The notes beneath the pieces are model-generated. The model saw only the letters and a list, made by a program, of their open reading frames with translations, had not been told where the DNA came from and made no database searches. The position numbers were made by a program, and so were the translations under genes. Below are positions 28,639 through 39,348 of a stretch of DNA of 64,000 bases, one piece after another. Source of the DNA: an uncultured Gammaproteobacteria bacterium (lineage in GTDB: Bacteria; Patescibacteriota; Patescibacteriia; Magasanikbacterales; UBA922). Within the stretch, counting starts at the first letter, position 1; the number at the start of each line of letters is the position of its first letter. Location: NCBI GenBank assembly GCA_964612105.1, contig CAZTEU010000002.1, positions 83,697 through 147,696 of the forward strand, given 5' to 3'.

Positions 28639-30432
28639 TTATGCTGTACGCTCCTCTGACTCCTTTAATACCCTTGCAAGAAACTTCTTTGTCTCGACAG
28701 TTTCTTGTTCTTCCTGCCCTCTTATTCTTACGGTCACCTCTTTTCCATCTGCCTCCTTGTCACCTACAACAATCGCATATGGTATTTTTTGTTTTGCAGA
28801 CGCTCGTACTTTCTTTCCAACACTTTCATCTGTACTATCTACAGCAACCCTTAGACCAGCTTCTGCAAAATTAGCTGCAATTTTATTTGCTGAGTCTACG
28901 TGTTTTTCTGACACAGCTATAAACTGTATTTGCACAGGTGATAACCACACAGGAAAGGCGCCTTCTGTGTGTTCTATTAGAATTGATAGAAACCTTTCTA
29001 TAGATCCCATAATTGCAGCATGTACCATAACAACCCTTTCTTGTTCTCCTTTTTCATTAATACAATTAAGATCAAAACGTTCTGGCAGGTTAATGTCTAA
29101 CTGGATTGTAGCCACCTGCCACTCTCTTCCTATTGAGTCCTTAGCAACAAAATCTATTTTTGGTCCATAGAAGGCCGCTTCTCCAATCTCTTCTACAAAC
29201 TTTACACCTCTCTCATCTGCTAACTCTCTCATCTGCGACTCAGCTTTTTTCCAAAGCTCTGGTGTTCCTAAATAGTTATCGAAGCTGTCTGGATCATGCA
29301 AAGATAGTCTCACAGACAAGTCACCGAAGCCTACTGCCTTATAGAAGGTATCAATTATATCCCATATTTTTAGGAACTCATCTTTTACCTGAGTTTGCCT
29401 ACAGAACACGTGAGCATCATCTTGACTAAATGCACGTGTACGAGAAATTCCATGTAGTTCACCTGTCTGCTCATCTCTATAACAAGTAGTGGTTTCTGCA
29501 TATCTTTGTGGCATATCACGATAGCTTCGTGGAATGTGGTTGAAAATCTGTGTATGATGAGGACAGTTCATTGGCTTCATTGCAAACTCATGCCCTTCCC
29601 TTGTTGCTATCTTAAACAGTCCATCAGAAAACTTATCCCAGTGACCACTTGTCTCGTATAATTCTTTTTTTGTAATATGAGGAATTGTGACCTTTTCATA
29701 ACCACGCTCTTTTCGCAACTCCCAAACAAAATCATCTAACACATTCCTTAACAAAGTACCTTTTGGTGTCCAAAGAGGAAGACCTGGACCAACCAAGTCC
29801 GAGAAAGTGAATAAATCCAGTTCACTTGCTATTTTCCTGTGATCTCTTTTTTTTGCCTCCTCCAACATTTGAAGGTGTTTGTTTAATTCATCCTTTGTCT
29901 TAAAACAGATTCCATATACACGCTGTAGTTGTGAATTATTCTGATCACCTCTCCAATATGCACCTGCAAGCTTTGTTAATTTTAAAGCCCCAATCTCTTT
30001 TGTGTTTTCTACATGAGGACCACGACACAAGTCTACAAAGTCTCCCGTCTTGTACACTGAGATTGAGTCTACAGACTCTCCCAAATCCTGCAACTCTTCT
30101 TCACTCATTTTAGTTGTGCCTCGTTCTTTTAAATCTTTGAGCAAATCTACCTTGTAGTCCTGCTTTTTCTTTTTAAACAATTTTATTCCTTCATCAATTG
30201 ACATCTCTTCACGCACAAACTCCTTATTTTGTTTAATGAGGTATTTTGCTTTCTTTTCTATGCTTTTTAAGTCTTCTTCAGTAAGAGGCTCTGGAGTTTC
30301 TACATCATAATAAAAGCCGTGCTCTATTACTGGACCGACTCCAAACTTGGTTCCTGGAAATAACTGCTCAATTGCTCCAGCAACCACATGCGCACAAGAG
30401 TGGCGCATAATTTCTAATTTATCATTACTCAT
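28639..30432 (-). CDS. thrS: threonyl-tRNA synthetase (lacking the N-terminal TGS domain)
   Basis: Second-additional-domain HxxxH (HSCAHV), class II motifs, C-terminal anticodon-binding domain. Confidence 0.9.
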   Translation of the reverse strand: MSNDKLEIMRHSCAHVVAGAIEQLFPGTKFGVGPVIEHGFYYDVETPEPLTEEDLKSIEKKAKYLIKQNKEFVREEMSIDEGIKLFKKKKQDYKVDLLKDLKERGTTKMSEEELQDLGESVDSISVYKTGDFVDLCRGPHVENTKEIGALKLTKLAGAYWRGDQNNSQLQRVYGICFKTKDELNKHLQMLEEAKKRDHRKIASELDLFTFSDLVGPGLPLWTPKGTLLRNVLDDFVWELRKERGYEKVTIPHITKKELYETSGHWDKFSDGLFKIATREGHEFAMKPMNCPHHTQIFNHIPRSYRDMPQRYAETTTCYRDEQTGELHGISRTRAFSQDDAHVFCRQTQVKDEFLKIWDIIDTFYKAVGFGDLSVRLSLHDPDSFDNYLGTPELWKKAESQMRELADERGVKFVEEIGEAAFYGPKIDFVAKDSIGREWQVATIQLDINLPERFDLNCINEKGEQERVVMVHAAIMGSIERFLSILIEHTEGAFPVWLSPVQIQFIAVSEKHVDSANKIAANFAEAGLRVAVDSTDESVGKKVRASAKQKIPYAIVVGDKEADGKEVTVRIRGQEEQETVETKKFLARVLKESEERTA

Positions 30433-30439
30433 AGATTTA

Positions 30440-30695
30440 TTTTAATAATATTAATATTTTATAAAAAAACCCGGCATACAATCCTTACGAAAAAGAATTA
30501 CATACCGGGGTCTTGCTTTATGGCTAGACGGTTCCACCCGTGGTTTTACTTTTATAGATTTTCTGTTCTCCAAGAGTGGTATCGGTTCCATTTTCTCCAG
30601 AAGAAGAATCTCAGTCTAGTTCTTCTATCTCTGTCTGGGAATCTATGGTCGAGCTGGCTCTTTATCCAATAGAGATATGTTACGCTCAAAAGGTT
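30440..30695 (-). promoter_or_regulatory. T-box riboswitch leader of thrS (promoter TTGACA-N17-TAACAT, T-box sequence, intrinsic terminator)
   Basis: Minus strand CACGGGUGGAACCGUC (T-box consensus AGGGUGGNACCGCG) at 30528-30544. Downstream 9-bp-stem terminator CCCGGUAUG...UGUAUGCCGGG + UUUUUUU (30464-30510). Promoter at 30667-30695. Confidence 0.55.
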
Positions 30696-30717
30696 GTGGT
30701 GTCAAGTCTTGTGATGA

Positions 30718-31737
30718 CTACTTCTTTTTTGTTTTTGCCTTTGTCTTCTTAGTCGACTTTTTCTTTATCTTCTTCCTCATGTCTGGAAACTTATCTGTCT
30801 CATCCACTATTTCCATCTTTAATATTTCTTCTATAACATCTTCCAAAGTTACTATCCCATAAAATCCACCAAACTTGTTCTGTACAAATGCTAAATGGTT
30901 TTTAGACTTAATTAATTTGTCCAAAAGAACGTCCAGTTTTGTTTCGCTACTAACAATTGGAGTTCTACCTTTGTGGCAAACGTATTTTATTTTCTTACCT
31001 ACTTTTATATTAATAAGATCTTTTGCATACAACAGACCAACCACATTGTCCATGTTTTCCCTATACACCGGTATTCTTGTAAATCCTTCTTTTCTTATTT
31101 CATCTAGTTTCTTTTTATCCAGAGCCACATTTTCTTCAAGAGCAAAAACAGCTTGTCTTGGTGTCATAACATCTTCTACTTTTTTATCAGAATAAGAAAG
31201 TGCTCCTTTAATTATTCTTTCTTCATCACCATCAACATCACTATGCTTAGATCCTTCGTGCTCCTCTACTATTTTCATTAGCTCCTTCTTAGAATAAATA
31301 GTGGCCATTTCTTCACCAAGTGTTTTATCTAATATCCATGCAATCGGGAAACAGATAGGAAACATTACGAAAATAAATATCTTTACCAGCCACGCAGTTC
31401 TTGCACCAACCTCCAAAGCATATCTAGAAAATGTAGCTTGTGGAATAATTTCACCAAAAACTACAATTAGCCCTGTGGCCACAATACCAGCCACAAAACC
31501 GCTGGCTATATTCCCTAAAAATATAGCGAGTGTGGAATTAACAGCTACATTTCCAAGTAAAAGTGTACACAATAAAAGGTTTCCTCTTTTTCTTACAGAA
31601 TACACCTTTTTTGCTTTTTTGTTTCCAAGAGTTATTTTTCTTTTTAGCTCACTCTTATCCAAACTAAGTAAACCTAAAGTGAGTCCGGAGAATAGTCCGG
31701 AAAGAAGAACTAGAAATATTACAATTGCGTAATCCAT
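30718..31737 (-). CDS. CNNM/DUF21 + CBS-pair transporter-associated protein (HlyC/CorC family)
   Basis: N-terminal DUF21 TM domain, tandem CBS domains, C-terminal CorC_HlyC-like region. Confidence 0.8.
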   Translation of the reverse strand: MDYAIVIFLVLLSGLFSGLTLGLLSLDKSELKRKITLGNKKAKKVYSVRKRGNLLLCTLLLGNVAVNSTLAIFLGNIASGFVAGIVATGLIVVFGEIIPQATFSRYALEVGARTAWLVKIFIFVMFPICFPIAWILDKTLGEEMATIYSKKELMKIVEEHEGSKHSDVDGDEERIIKGALSYSDKKVEDVMTPRQAVFALEENVALDKKKLDEIRKEGFTRIPVYRENMDNVVGLLYAKDLINIKVGKKIKYVCHKGRTPIVSSETKLDVLLDKLIKSKNHLAFVQNKFGGFYGIVTLEDVIEEILKMEIVDETDKFPDMRKKIKKKSTKKTKAKTKKK

Positions 31738-31757
31738 TATGACAGGTCTTATTTATT

Positions 31758-32906
31758 TTATTGTACTGTTTTGACAATAACTTGAACGTGCTCTGGTACA
31801 AAAGGAATGGAACGAACCCACATTGGTCTAAACTTCACATCCACACTGTATACGTGATCTAGGGTAAGAACATGTCTTCTTACTTCTTCTTTTGACTTTC
31901 CAAAGAAAAGCATCTTCTCTAGTTGTTTACTATCTGCATTAAGCCTTTCTACAGCACTGTGATATATGGTTAGCATTGCAACCCCGTCTCTTAGGTCATA
32001 TTCTTTAAGCTGTACAGTCGCATTTCCATCTGCCCCACGCAGTACGGTTACGTCATCCACAACTCTCTTAAGGAGTTGAGCTCGTGCATATTCCTGCACC
32101 TTTGTAGGATTGTAGAAAACAGCAAGAATCGTTGCTTTTCCAGAGAGTGTAAATTCTCCAACTTCCTCCCCAATAGGCGCTTCATTATTTATCGTATGCT
32201 GAACGACTTTGTATACAGCTTTTTTATCTGAAAACTTTTTTTGTAGAGTTTCTTTTCCTAATTTCTCAAGTTCTGCCAAAAGCTGAGCCTCTGCTTTTTT
32301 TACATCACTAGCACTTAGCACACCTATCGTGTGTACACCTCCTGTCATACCAGAACTACTGCTACCATATACTATTTTTTGTTTTTCTGCCCTTAATCCT
32401 GGAATAGTAAACTTATCTATTGCACCCACATCACCACTCGCCCCTTCTTTATCTGCGTATACTTCTGCTTGTATTGTACCATTGGCTGGAACAACTACTC
32501 TGTCCTTTAGCCTAAACAAAACACTGTCTGGCGTGAGGAGTCTTGTTGTGGCAACTAATGGTTGTGCTACGTTCCCATCATTATGTAACGTAACAGTACC
32601 CCTTGCTATACCAGGCTCTGTTTTACTTCCTGTTGGAGAAAACCCTCTTGCTAGACTAACAGTTGTTGTTGCCAGCACAGACCCTATCATATCGCCATCT
32701 TTTTCTACAGACACCAATGACTCTACATCTACAGGACTCTCCTTCGTTGTAATTACAATTGTTGCACGCTTACTGGACATGAAAATTATCATTCCCAAAA
32801 GCGCTATTGTCGGGAAGAGAAATGACAGGGCTACTAACTTATAAAATCTGACAGGCTGACTCATGGCAGGACTTGCTTGTTTTCTTCTAAGACCCATATT
32901 ATTCAC
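31758..32906 (-). CDS. hypothetical membrane-anchored protein adjacent to pilB
   Basis: N-terminal TM, no family recognised. Confidence 0.4.
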   Translation of the reverse strand: MNNMGLRRKQASPAMSQPVRFYKLVALSFLFPTIALLGMIIFMSSKRATIVITTKESPVDVESLVSVEKDGDMIGSVLATTTVSLARGFSPTGSKTEPGIARGTVTLHNDGNVAQPLVATTRLLTPDSVLFRLKDRVVVPANGTIQAEVYADKEGASGDVGAIDKFTIPGLRAEKQKIVYGSSSSGMTGGVHTIGVLSASDVKKAEAQLLAELEKLGKETLQKKFSDKKAVYKVVQHTINNEAPIGEEVGEFTLSGKATILAVFYNPTKVQEYARAQLLKRVVDDVTVLRGADGNATVQLKEYDLRDGVAMLTIYHSAVERLNADSKQLEKMLFFGKSKEEVRRHVLTLDHVYSVDVKFRPMWVRSIPFVPEHVQVIVKTVQ

Positions 32907-34653
32907 TTACACGGAACACCTCTTCTAGAGAAGTTATTCCTTTAACTGCTTTAAGAATACCATCTTGAACCATTGTCGTCATCCCCTTGGATATTGCTAC
33001 CTGTTGAATATCTGATTCTGAGACCTTCCCCTCCTGAATCATACCTTCTATCTCCTTATCTATTTGTAGCACTTCATACACACCAACTCTACCCTTATAT
33101 CCAAGTCCATTACACTCTTCTTTACATCCTTTTGACTTATAGAACTTTATTTCTGCTCCTTTTACTTCCTCTTTTTCCTTTTCTGGCATTCCTTCTATTA
33201 TTTGATTAACCTTCTCCTGCTCTTCTGGACTAAGCGTGTGAGACTCCTTGCACTTTTCACATAATTTTCTAACTAGCCTTTGCCCAAGCACAACATTTAA
33301 CGCGGGAGCAAGAAGAAACGGCTTAACTCCCATAGAGACAAATCTAGCAATTGCACCAGCAGCACTATTTGTATGAAGTGTAGAAAGCATTAGGTGGCCT
33401 GTTAAAGAAGCTTGTATAGCAATCTCTGCTGTCTCTAAATCTCTAATCTCACCAACCATACAAATATCTGGATCCTGACGCAAAATTGATTTTAACCCTT
33501 TAGCAAATGTGTAGTCCTTGCTTTTATCTATCTGACTCTGATTTATTCCTTCCATTCTATATTCAACAGGATCTTCCAGTGTAATTATTTTTACATCTGG
33601 ATTGTTAAGCATAAACATCACAGCATATAGCGTTGTAGTCTTACCAGAACCTGTTGGACCAGTTGTAATAACCATTCCATTTGGTCTCTTTATTTGGTTT
33701 ACTAAAATATTATATGCACTTTCTCTAAAACCAAGAGAGTCTAGGGAGATTCCTTTGCGGTTCTGTCTCAATAAACGCATAACTATACTCTCCCCATACA
33801 CAGTTGGCATTGTAGAAACACGAATATCCACATCTCCTTCTTTTATTTTTATTGTAAAACGACCATCTTGTGGCTTATCCGTAATATTTAACTTTAGGCT
33901 AGCTAAAAGTTTTACACGTGAAACTAATTTTTTAAAAGATTCTTTTGGAATATTTGCTACATCGTGAAGAATGCCATCTACACGAAACCTTACAACAATC
34001 TGCCCCTCTTCTGCTTCTACATGAACATCAGAAACCCCCATCTTTACTGATGCTCCCATAATATATGTAACTAAATCTGTAGTAGATTTACCATCTATTA
34101 GTTTTTGTAATGATTCAAAATCAGTAATATCTCCCCCAACCTGCTCTAAATCCTCTGCGCTTATTTTTACATCCTTACTTACCACTTGCACTGTTGGCAA
34201 AGTAGCATATAGTTTAATTACTTTATCAAAACTGTGCTTGGATATTACATAAATAGCACCATTCTTATTATTTTCTTGAGCAATACGATCAAACAGTTGC
34301 TTTACCTCTGGTTTCTGTGGATCTAATACCCCAAGACGAAACTGTTCTCCTTCTACATAAAAACAAACAGCTCCTGTGCTTCTTGCCTCCTCTTCTTGAA
34401 CCATACGAAGTGCGTTTTGACTTACAGGAAACTTTTCTAAATCAATATGAGGCACCCCAATCTTACTTGCAAATCGTTTTGCTTGCACCTCTCTTTCTTT
34501 CTCTCCAATCTTTTCCATCTTCTTAGCAAATTTACCTGTAACTGACTGATCCACAAGTGGCTCGTCTTTGTCTTTTTTTACAGCACCAACACCAGCCGCC
34601 GAAGCAGCTGGTTTCTTTTTCATTAAATCAGATATGGAAGGAAGGTCAGACAT
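32899..34653 (-). CDS. pilB: type IV pilus assembly ATPase PilB (GspE family)
   Basis: Walker A GPTGSGKTTTLYA, GspE signature region, tetracysteine CxxC...CxxC. Confidence 0.85.
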   Translation of the reverse strand: MSDLPSISDLMKKKPAASAAGVGAVKKDKDEPLVDQSVTGKFAKKMEKIGEKEREVQAKRFASKIGVPHIDLEKFPVSQNALRMVQEEEARSTGAVCFYVEGEQFRLGVLDPQKPEVKQLFDRIAQENNKNGAIYVISKHSFDKVIKLYATLPTVQVVSKDVKISAEDLEQVGGDITDFESLQKLIDGKSTTDLVTYIMGASVKMGVSDVHVEAEEGQIVVRFRVDGILHDVANIPKESFKKLVSRVKLLASLKLNITDKPQDGRFTIKIKEGDVDIRVSTMPTVYGESIVMRLLRQNRKGISLDSLGFRESAYNILVNQIKRPNGMVITTGPTGSGKTTTLYAVMFMLNNPDVKIITLEDPVEYRMEGINQSQIDKSKDYTFAKGLKSILRQDPDICMVGEIRDLETAEIAIQASLTGHLMLSTLHTNSAAGAIARFVSMGVKPFLLAPALNVVLGQRLVRKLCEKCKESHTLSPEEQEKVNQIIEGMPEKEKEEVKGAEIKFYKSKGCKEECNGLGYKGRVGVYEVLQIDKEIEGMIQEGKVSESDIQQVAISKGMTTMVQDGILKAVKGITSLEEVFRVSE

Positions 34654-34656
34654 ATA

Positions 34657-35667
34657 CTAACCGCCGAGCCAATGAAGGGTACGGCTTTTAACTTTTTTCT
34701 TATGCATTTTCATGAATAAATATGTCCAGGCACTTGTACTAAATACTGTGTATACAGATCCTACAAACATTATAAACATACTTAACAGTAGGAACGCGAC
34801 CGTGGTCGCTGTTGCAAACAAAGTAGAGCTTCCAAGAACAGCTGCTATAATCCACATTATTAGACTTGGTATAAAGAATACAAATGCAACCAGAGCAACG
34901 AATAGCCCTAATAGCATGTTTATAGCTAGTAATATCACTCCAATTTCAATTGAGACAAACCAATGGTGAGTAAATAGGTGCCATGCGTCCTCCATCGCCT
35001 CCCAAATAGATTTCTCGTCTACAACCACATAGCAAGCAGAGTAGATGACAAAGAAGGAAACAACAAGTCCAACAATTATTGCTGAGGTGAACACAGCTAG
35101 GAATGAAAATACTTCAAACGTGCCTGAATGCAAGGCTAGTTGTACGGTAAAATAACCAACTACAACTGCCATTGCCAACAATACTAATTTTTTAAAGACC
35201 TGAATGAAAAACAGTCTCCAGAAGTGGCTTACACCAGCGTGCCAAGACTTACCTACGTCTGGAAGCTTACTCTTACTCTTTACAGAACGAGAAGCTACAT
35301 GTATCAAAGCTCCTTGCGACACCGTTGCCACGAAAGCAAGAAATACTGCTATTCCCACAAAAATGACTAGTACCCAGGTAATTCCAACTATATCTATCAT
35401 TGGAAGAGCAGAAAGGAACCCATAAGAGAATCCTTGCAAGTCTGCAATAATCTCAAACATGTACTGTGACGGTGTGGCTCCGTTGTCCACGATTCCAACA
35501 GTAGTTAATAGTTCTAGGATTCCCATTTGTCCTAGGAACGTTGCAAAGAGTCCAAGAGGCCAAAGCCACTTGTGCTTCCAGGCTAACCCCCAGCTATGCT
35601 TGAGGGCCTGGCGATACAATGGTGTTTTCATAATGACAGGCTTTTTAAATAGTACTAACCGGCACAA
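34657..35667 (-). CDS. hypothetical polytopic membrane protein
   Basis: Several TM helices; no family recognised. Confidence 0.4.
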   Translation of the reverse strand: MCRLVLFKKPVIMKTPLYRQALKHSWGLAWKHKWLWPLGLFATFLGQMGILELLTTVGIVDNGATPSQYMFEIIADLQGFSYGFLSALPMIDIVGITWVLVIFVGIAVFLAFVATVSQGALIHVASRSVKSKSKLPDVGKSWHAGVSHFWRLFFIQVFKKLVLLAMAVVVGYFTVQLALHSGTFEVFSFLAVFTSAIIVGLVVSFFVIYSACYVVVDEKSIWEAMEDAWHLFTHHWFVSIEIGVILLAINMLLGLFVALVAFVFFIPSLIMWIIAAVLGSSTLFATATTVAFLLLSMFIMFVGSVYTVFSTSAWTYLFMKMHKKKVKSRTLHWLGG

Positions 35668-35805
35668 ATTGTGTTTGTACCAGTGTTTACATTATAACAC
35701 AGTAGTGTTATATGACAAACATTTTCTCTGTTTATATCCAGATTATTAATTTATTAAAAAACCACCCTTTGATAGGGTGGTTTTTAACGTTTAGTTTACT
35801 TTTCT

Positions 35806-37707
35806 TTACACCTCAGCAGAAAAAGAATTGTCTGCACCTTTGTCTTGTATCATCTCATCCTTTTCTACCCCTTCTCCCATTATTTTCTTAAACTCATCTT
35901 GCTCTACTGTCTCTTTTTCTAAGAGCACTTTTACCAACTCGTCCACCTTCGTGCGATTAGTGTCAAAAACCTCTTTTGCTCTCTGTTTAGCGGTCTCTAA
36001 CAAACTATTAATCTCTTCATCAATAAGCTCTGCTGTCTTTTCTGAGTAGTTTTTCTTCTCATGGATTTCCTGTGCCAAGAAAATAAGCTCATCATTTTCT
36101 CCATACATTCTTGGTCCAAGCTTTTTACTCATTCCATAACGAAGTACCATTGATTTTGCTGAGTTTGTTGCTTGCTTAAGATCATTGGAAGGTCCAGTTG
36201 TAAGATGATCTTCACCATACACTGTAGTTTCTGCAACATAGCCTCCAAGAGCCATTGCTAAATCATCCTTAAACTGTGCAATTGTCTTGTATGTTGCATC
36301 CTTCTCTGGCATTGATAATGTATAACCACCAGCCATACCACGGCCAATAATAGATACCTTACGCACAGGATCACAATTCTCTAGGAAGTGAGCTACAACA
36401 GCATGACCAGCTTCGTGGTAGGCTGTCATCTCTCTTTCTTTGTCTGTCATTATTCTAGATTTCTTCTGGGGTCCCAACAGAACTTTTTCTATACTTTCTA
36501 GTACATGCTCCTGAGTAACTTCTTTCTTTGATTCACGAACAGCTAAAATTGCGGCCTCGTTAAGAAGGTTTTCTAAATCTGCACCTGTAAAGCCAGGTGT
36601 ACGCTCTGCAAGACGACGAAGATCTACATCTTTTGCAAGAGGCTTATTATTTGCGTGTACTTTTAATATCTCTTCCCTGTCTTTAATGTGTGGTTTGTCT
36701 ATAACAACTCTACGATCGAAACGACCAGGACGAAGAAGAGCGCTGTCTAACACATCTGGCCTGTTTGTTGCTGCAACAACTATAACTCCAGAGTTTGGTT
36801 CAAAACCATCCATCTCTACAAGTATCTGGTTTAGTGTCTGCTCTCTTTCATCGTGACTTCCACCAAGTCCAGCTCCACGCTTTCTTCCAACAGCATCGAT
36901 TTCATCTATAAAGATAATAGAAGGTGAATTTTTCTTTGCCTTTGCAAACAAGTCACGAACACGACTAGCTCCTACACCAACAAACATCTCAACGAACTCG
37001 GAACCAGAAATGTGATGAAAAGGAACGTTTGCCTCTCCTGCAACAGCTTTAGCTAATAAGGTTTTACCTGTACCAGGAGCGCCCATTAATAGTACACCTT
37101 TTGGAATCTTAGCTCCCATGTCTGCAAACTTTTTTGGGTTCTTCAAAAAATCAACAATTTCTTCCAACTCGTCTTTTGCTTCTTTTGCTCCTGCAACATC
37201 TTTAAATGTCTTCTTATCTTTTTGTTCTTCTGGCTTAACTGACTTTGCATTAGTCTTTCCAAATCCCATTGCTCGATTGTTTACTCCAGAAACCTGCCTG
37301 CTCATAAAATAGATAAGCCCACCAATAAGCAAGAATGGGAACATGTAAGGAGCCAGCGATTTTAGCCAGAATGCCCAACCACTTTCCTTCTTCACAGAAA
37401 GCTCTATTTCTTTGATCTGCTCTGCTGTTACTCCATAGTTGCTCAACATTTCTGAGACGGACTCTCCAAACTCTTTCTTAACATCTTGTTTTGTTCCATT
37501 CTCATCATTAAGAGTAATGTGTAGTACATCACCTTGTATCTCTATTGTTTTTACTTTCCCATCACCAATTTCCTGTACCAAAGTACTTATAGCAACCTCC
37601 TCCGGAGCCTCCTCACCAATCTGACCAAAGGTCGCAATTGAAGCAATCAAAAACAAGATTAGGAAAATAATCCCAAAGTTTTTGATTAACTGTATAATGT
37701 TTTTCAT
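35806..37707 (-). CDS. ftsH: ATP-dependent zinc metalloprotease FtsH
   Basis: AAA Walker [20 protein letters not shown] zinc motif. Confidence 0.9.
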   Translation of the reverse strand: MKNIIQLIKNFGIIFLILFLIASIATFGQIGEEAPEEVAISTLVQEIGDGKVKTIEIQGDVLHITLNDENGTKQDVKKEFGESVSEMLSNYGVTAEQIKEIELSVKKESGWAFWLKSLAPYMFPFLLIGGLIYFMSRQVSGVNNRAMGFGKTNAKSVKPEEQKDKKTFKDVAGAKEAKDELEEIVDFLKNPKKFADMGAKIPKGVLLMGAPGTGKTLLAKAVAGEANVPFHHISGSEFVEMFVGVGASRVRDLFAKAKKNSPSIIFIDEIDAVGRKRGAGLGGSHDEREQTLNQILVEMDGFEPNSGVIVVAATNRPDVLDSALLRPGRFDRRVVIDKPHIKDREEILKVHANNKPLAKDVDLRRLAERTPGFTGADLENLLNEAAILAVRESKKEVTQEHVLESIEKVLLGPQKKSRIMTDKEREMTAYHEAGHAVVAHFLENCDPVRKVSIIGRGMAGGYTLSMPEKDATYKTIAQFKDDLAMALGGYVAETTVYGEDHLTTGPSNDLKQATNSAKSMVLRYGMSKKLGPRMYGENDELIFLAQEIHEKKNYSEKTAELIDEEINSLLETAKQRAKEVFDTNRTKVDELVKVLLEKETVEQDEFKKIMGEGVEKDEMIQDKGADNSFSAEV

Positions 37708-37719
37708 AACACCTTATGA

Positions 37720-38925
37720 TTATGCTGTAACTTCTTCCGGTGTTTTTTCTTCTGAAGTCTCAACAGGGGCTGCTTCTTCTTTTGGTTCCTCAGCTACTGT
37801 CTCTGCAGTTTTATCTTCTACTTTTGGCTCTTCTTCTTTTTTCTGAGGTCTACCTTTTACACCAAAAACCTTAAGTCCTAATCTGTGCTCTGAGGGTTCT
37901 ATATTTATAATTTCGAATTTGTGTTTTGAGCCAATTGAATATTTTTCTCTTAGCTCACTTTCTGAGATTGGATCATCTGAGACCTCAGAAATATGTGCAA
38001 GTCCATGAATCGCGCTGTCTAGTTTTACCATCAAACCAAAACCTTCTATCTTGTGAACTTCTCCTTCTACAGCCTGACCAACTTTATATGTGTCTTTCAC
38101 ACTTTTCCAAGGGTCATCTTTAAGTCTCTTAACAGAAAGATATATCTTTGACTTGTTGAGGTCTATAATCTGCGCTTCAACCTTGTCACCAACTTTTAGC
38201 ATGTCTTTAGGGTGAGAAATTCTTTGCCATGCAATTTCTGAGATGTGAATAAGACCTTCCAGTCCTTCACCAAATCTCATAAATGCACCAAAAGATGTAA
38301 GAGCGCTAATCTCTCCTTTTACAATATCACCAATCTTGTATGATTCTAGTACAGATTTCTGATCATCTTCCCAAACTGCTTTTTCAGAAACAATCAGTTT
38401 TTCTTCTCTGCGGTTTGCATCCAATACTTTTGTCTGCACAGTCATTCCAATCAACTTTCTAAGATGTTCTAAGATTTTATTTTTGTCTCCGCCTGGAACA
38501 CGTGGGTAATTCTCTGGAGAAAGCTGAGATACTGGCATAAAACCAACTAGTGCATCCACCTTCATCATAAGACCACCTTTATTTGCAGAAATAATCTTTG
38601 CTTCAACTGTAATACCATCTTTCATGTATTGTTCCATTGTGTCCCACACTAATTGATGACCAGCAACACGGAAAGACAGCTCCATCTCTCCATTTTCGTT
38701 TTCTTGTTCTACAACTGTAGCTTCTACAGTGTCCCCAACGTTAATATTTGCATATTTGCTTGACTCAGAAAAGAGTTCTGGACCACGAACAACACCTGTA
38801 GTCATTCCTTCTATGTCTACACGTACAGCACCTTTATCTACTGAGATAACTGTGCCCTTAATTAAATCATCCACCTTGGGTATGGTGGTAAAATGGTCCT
38901 TTAGCAATGTTCCAAAATCTGTCAT
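37720..38925 (-). CDS. rpsA: 30S ribosomal protein S1 (four S1 domains)
   Basis: Repeated S1 OB-fold units (G.V..G.V..i..fGaFv). Confidence 0.85.
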   Translation of the reverse strand: MTDFGTLLKDHFTTIPKVDDLIKGTVISVDKGAVRVDIEGMTTGVVRGPELFSESSKYANINVGDTVEATVVEQENENGEMELSFRVAGHQLVWDTMEQYMKDGITVEAKIISANKGGLMMKVDALVGFMPVSQLSPENYPRVPGGDKNKILEHLRKLIGMTVQTKVLDANRREEKLIVSEKAVWEDDQKSVLESYKIGDIVKGEISALTSFGAFMRFGEGLEGLIHISEIAWQRISHPKDMLKVGDKVEAQIIDLNKSKIYLSVKRLKDDPWKSVKDTYKVGQAVEGEVHKIEGFGLMVKLDSAIHGLAHISEVSDDPISESELREKYSIGSKHKFEIINIEPSEHRLGLKVFGVKGRPQKKEEEPKVEDKTAETVAEEPKEEAAPVETSEEKTPEEVTA

Positions 38926-39061
38926 ATTTTTTTGCTTAACCCAGTAATGTTTACTGAGCCTCTCACCAAGAGTAAATAGGTGAGAAATGAATAATTTATT
39001 AGCCGAAATACTATAACATAAGTATAATTATATTGCAAGAGTGCGTAGTGCGATATTTTTT

Positions 39062-39122
39062 GGCTTATTTTAGCTGTTTTTTAGCTCTCAGGGTTGACAA
39101 TAGGCATAAAATGTGTTATTGT
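39062..39122 (+). promoter_or_regulatory. promoter module: GGCTTATTTTAGCT element + TTGACA-N17-TATTGT
   Basis: Element 39062-39075; TTGACA 39094-39099; TATTGT 39117-39122; ~230-nt leader to the island III gene. Confidence 0.45.
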
Positions 39123-39231
39123 CCAGTGTCGTTCTTTACACAATTTGTTGCTAAATATAGCAGGCAAATCCACCAAGAATGTGATTTTCTCATATTTTTT
39201 ATGGATTTGCTTGTAAAAAGGCGGTCAAGTG

Positions 39232-39243
39232 TGCCATGTGGCA
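39232..39243. promoter_or_regulatory. perfect 12-bp palindrome TGCCATGTGGCA in the island III leader
   Basis: Seen directly; candidate operator. A 6-bp hairpin GGCCTGtaatctaatCAGGCC (39320-39340) lies just upstream of the RBS. Confidence 0.3.
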
Positions 39244-39348
39244 TGCGTATCTGTGAAAAAAGTCGACCTCCTCGCCCTACGGTGGGCCATGGGGGTATTC
39301 GTGCCAACATACGGCCTGTAATCTAATCAGGCCACGGGAGAAGAAGAT

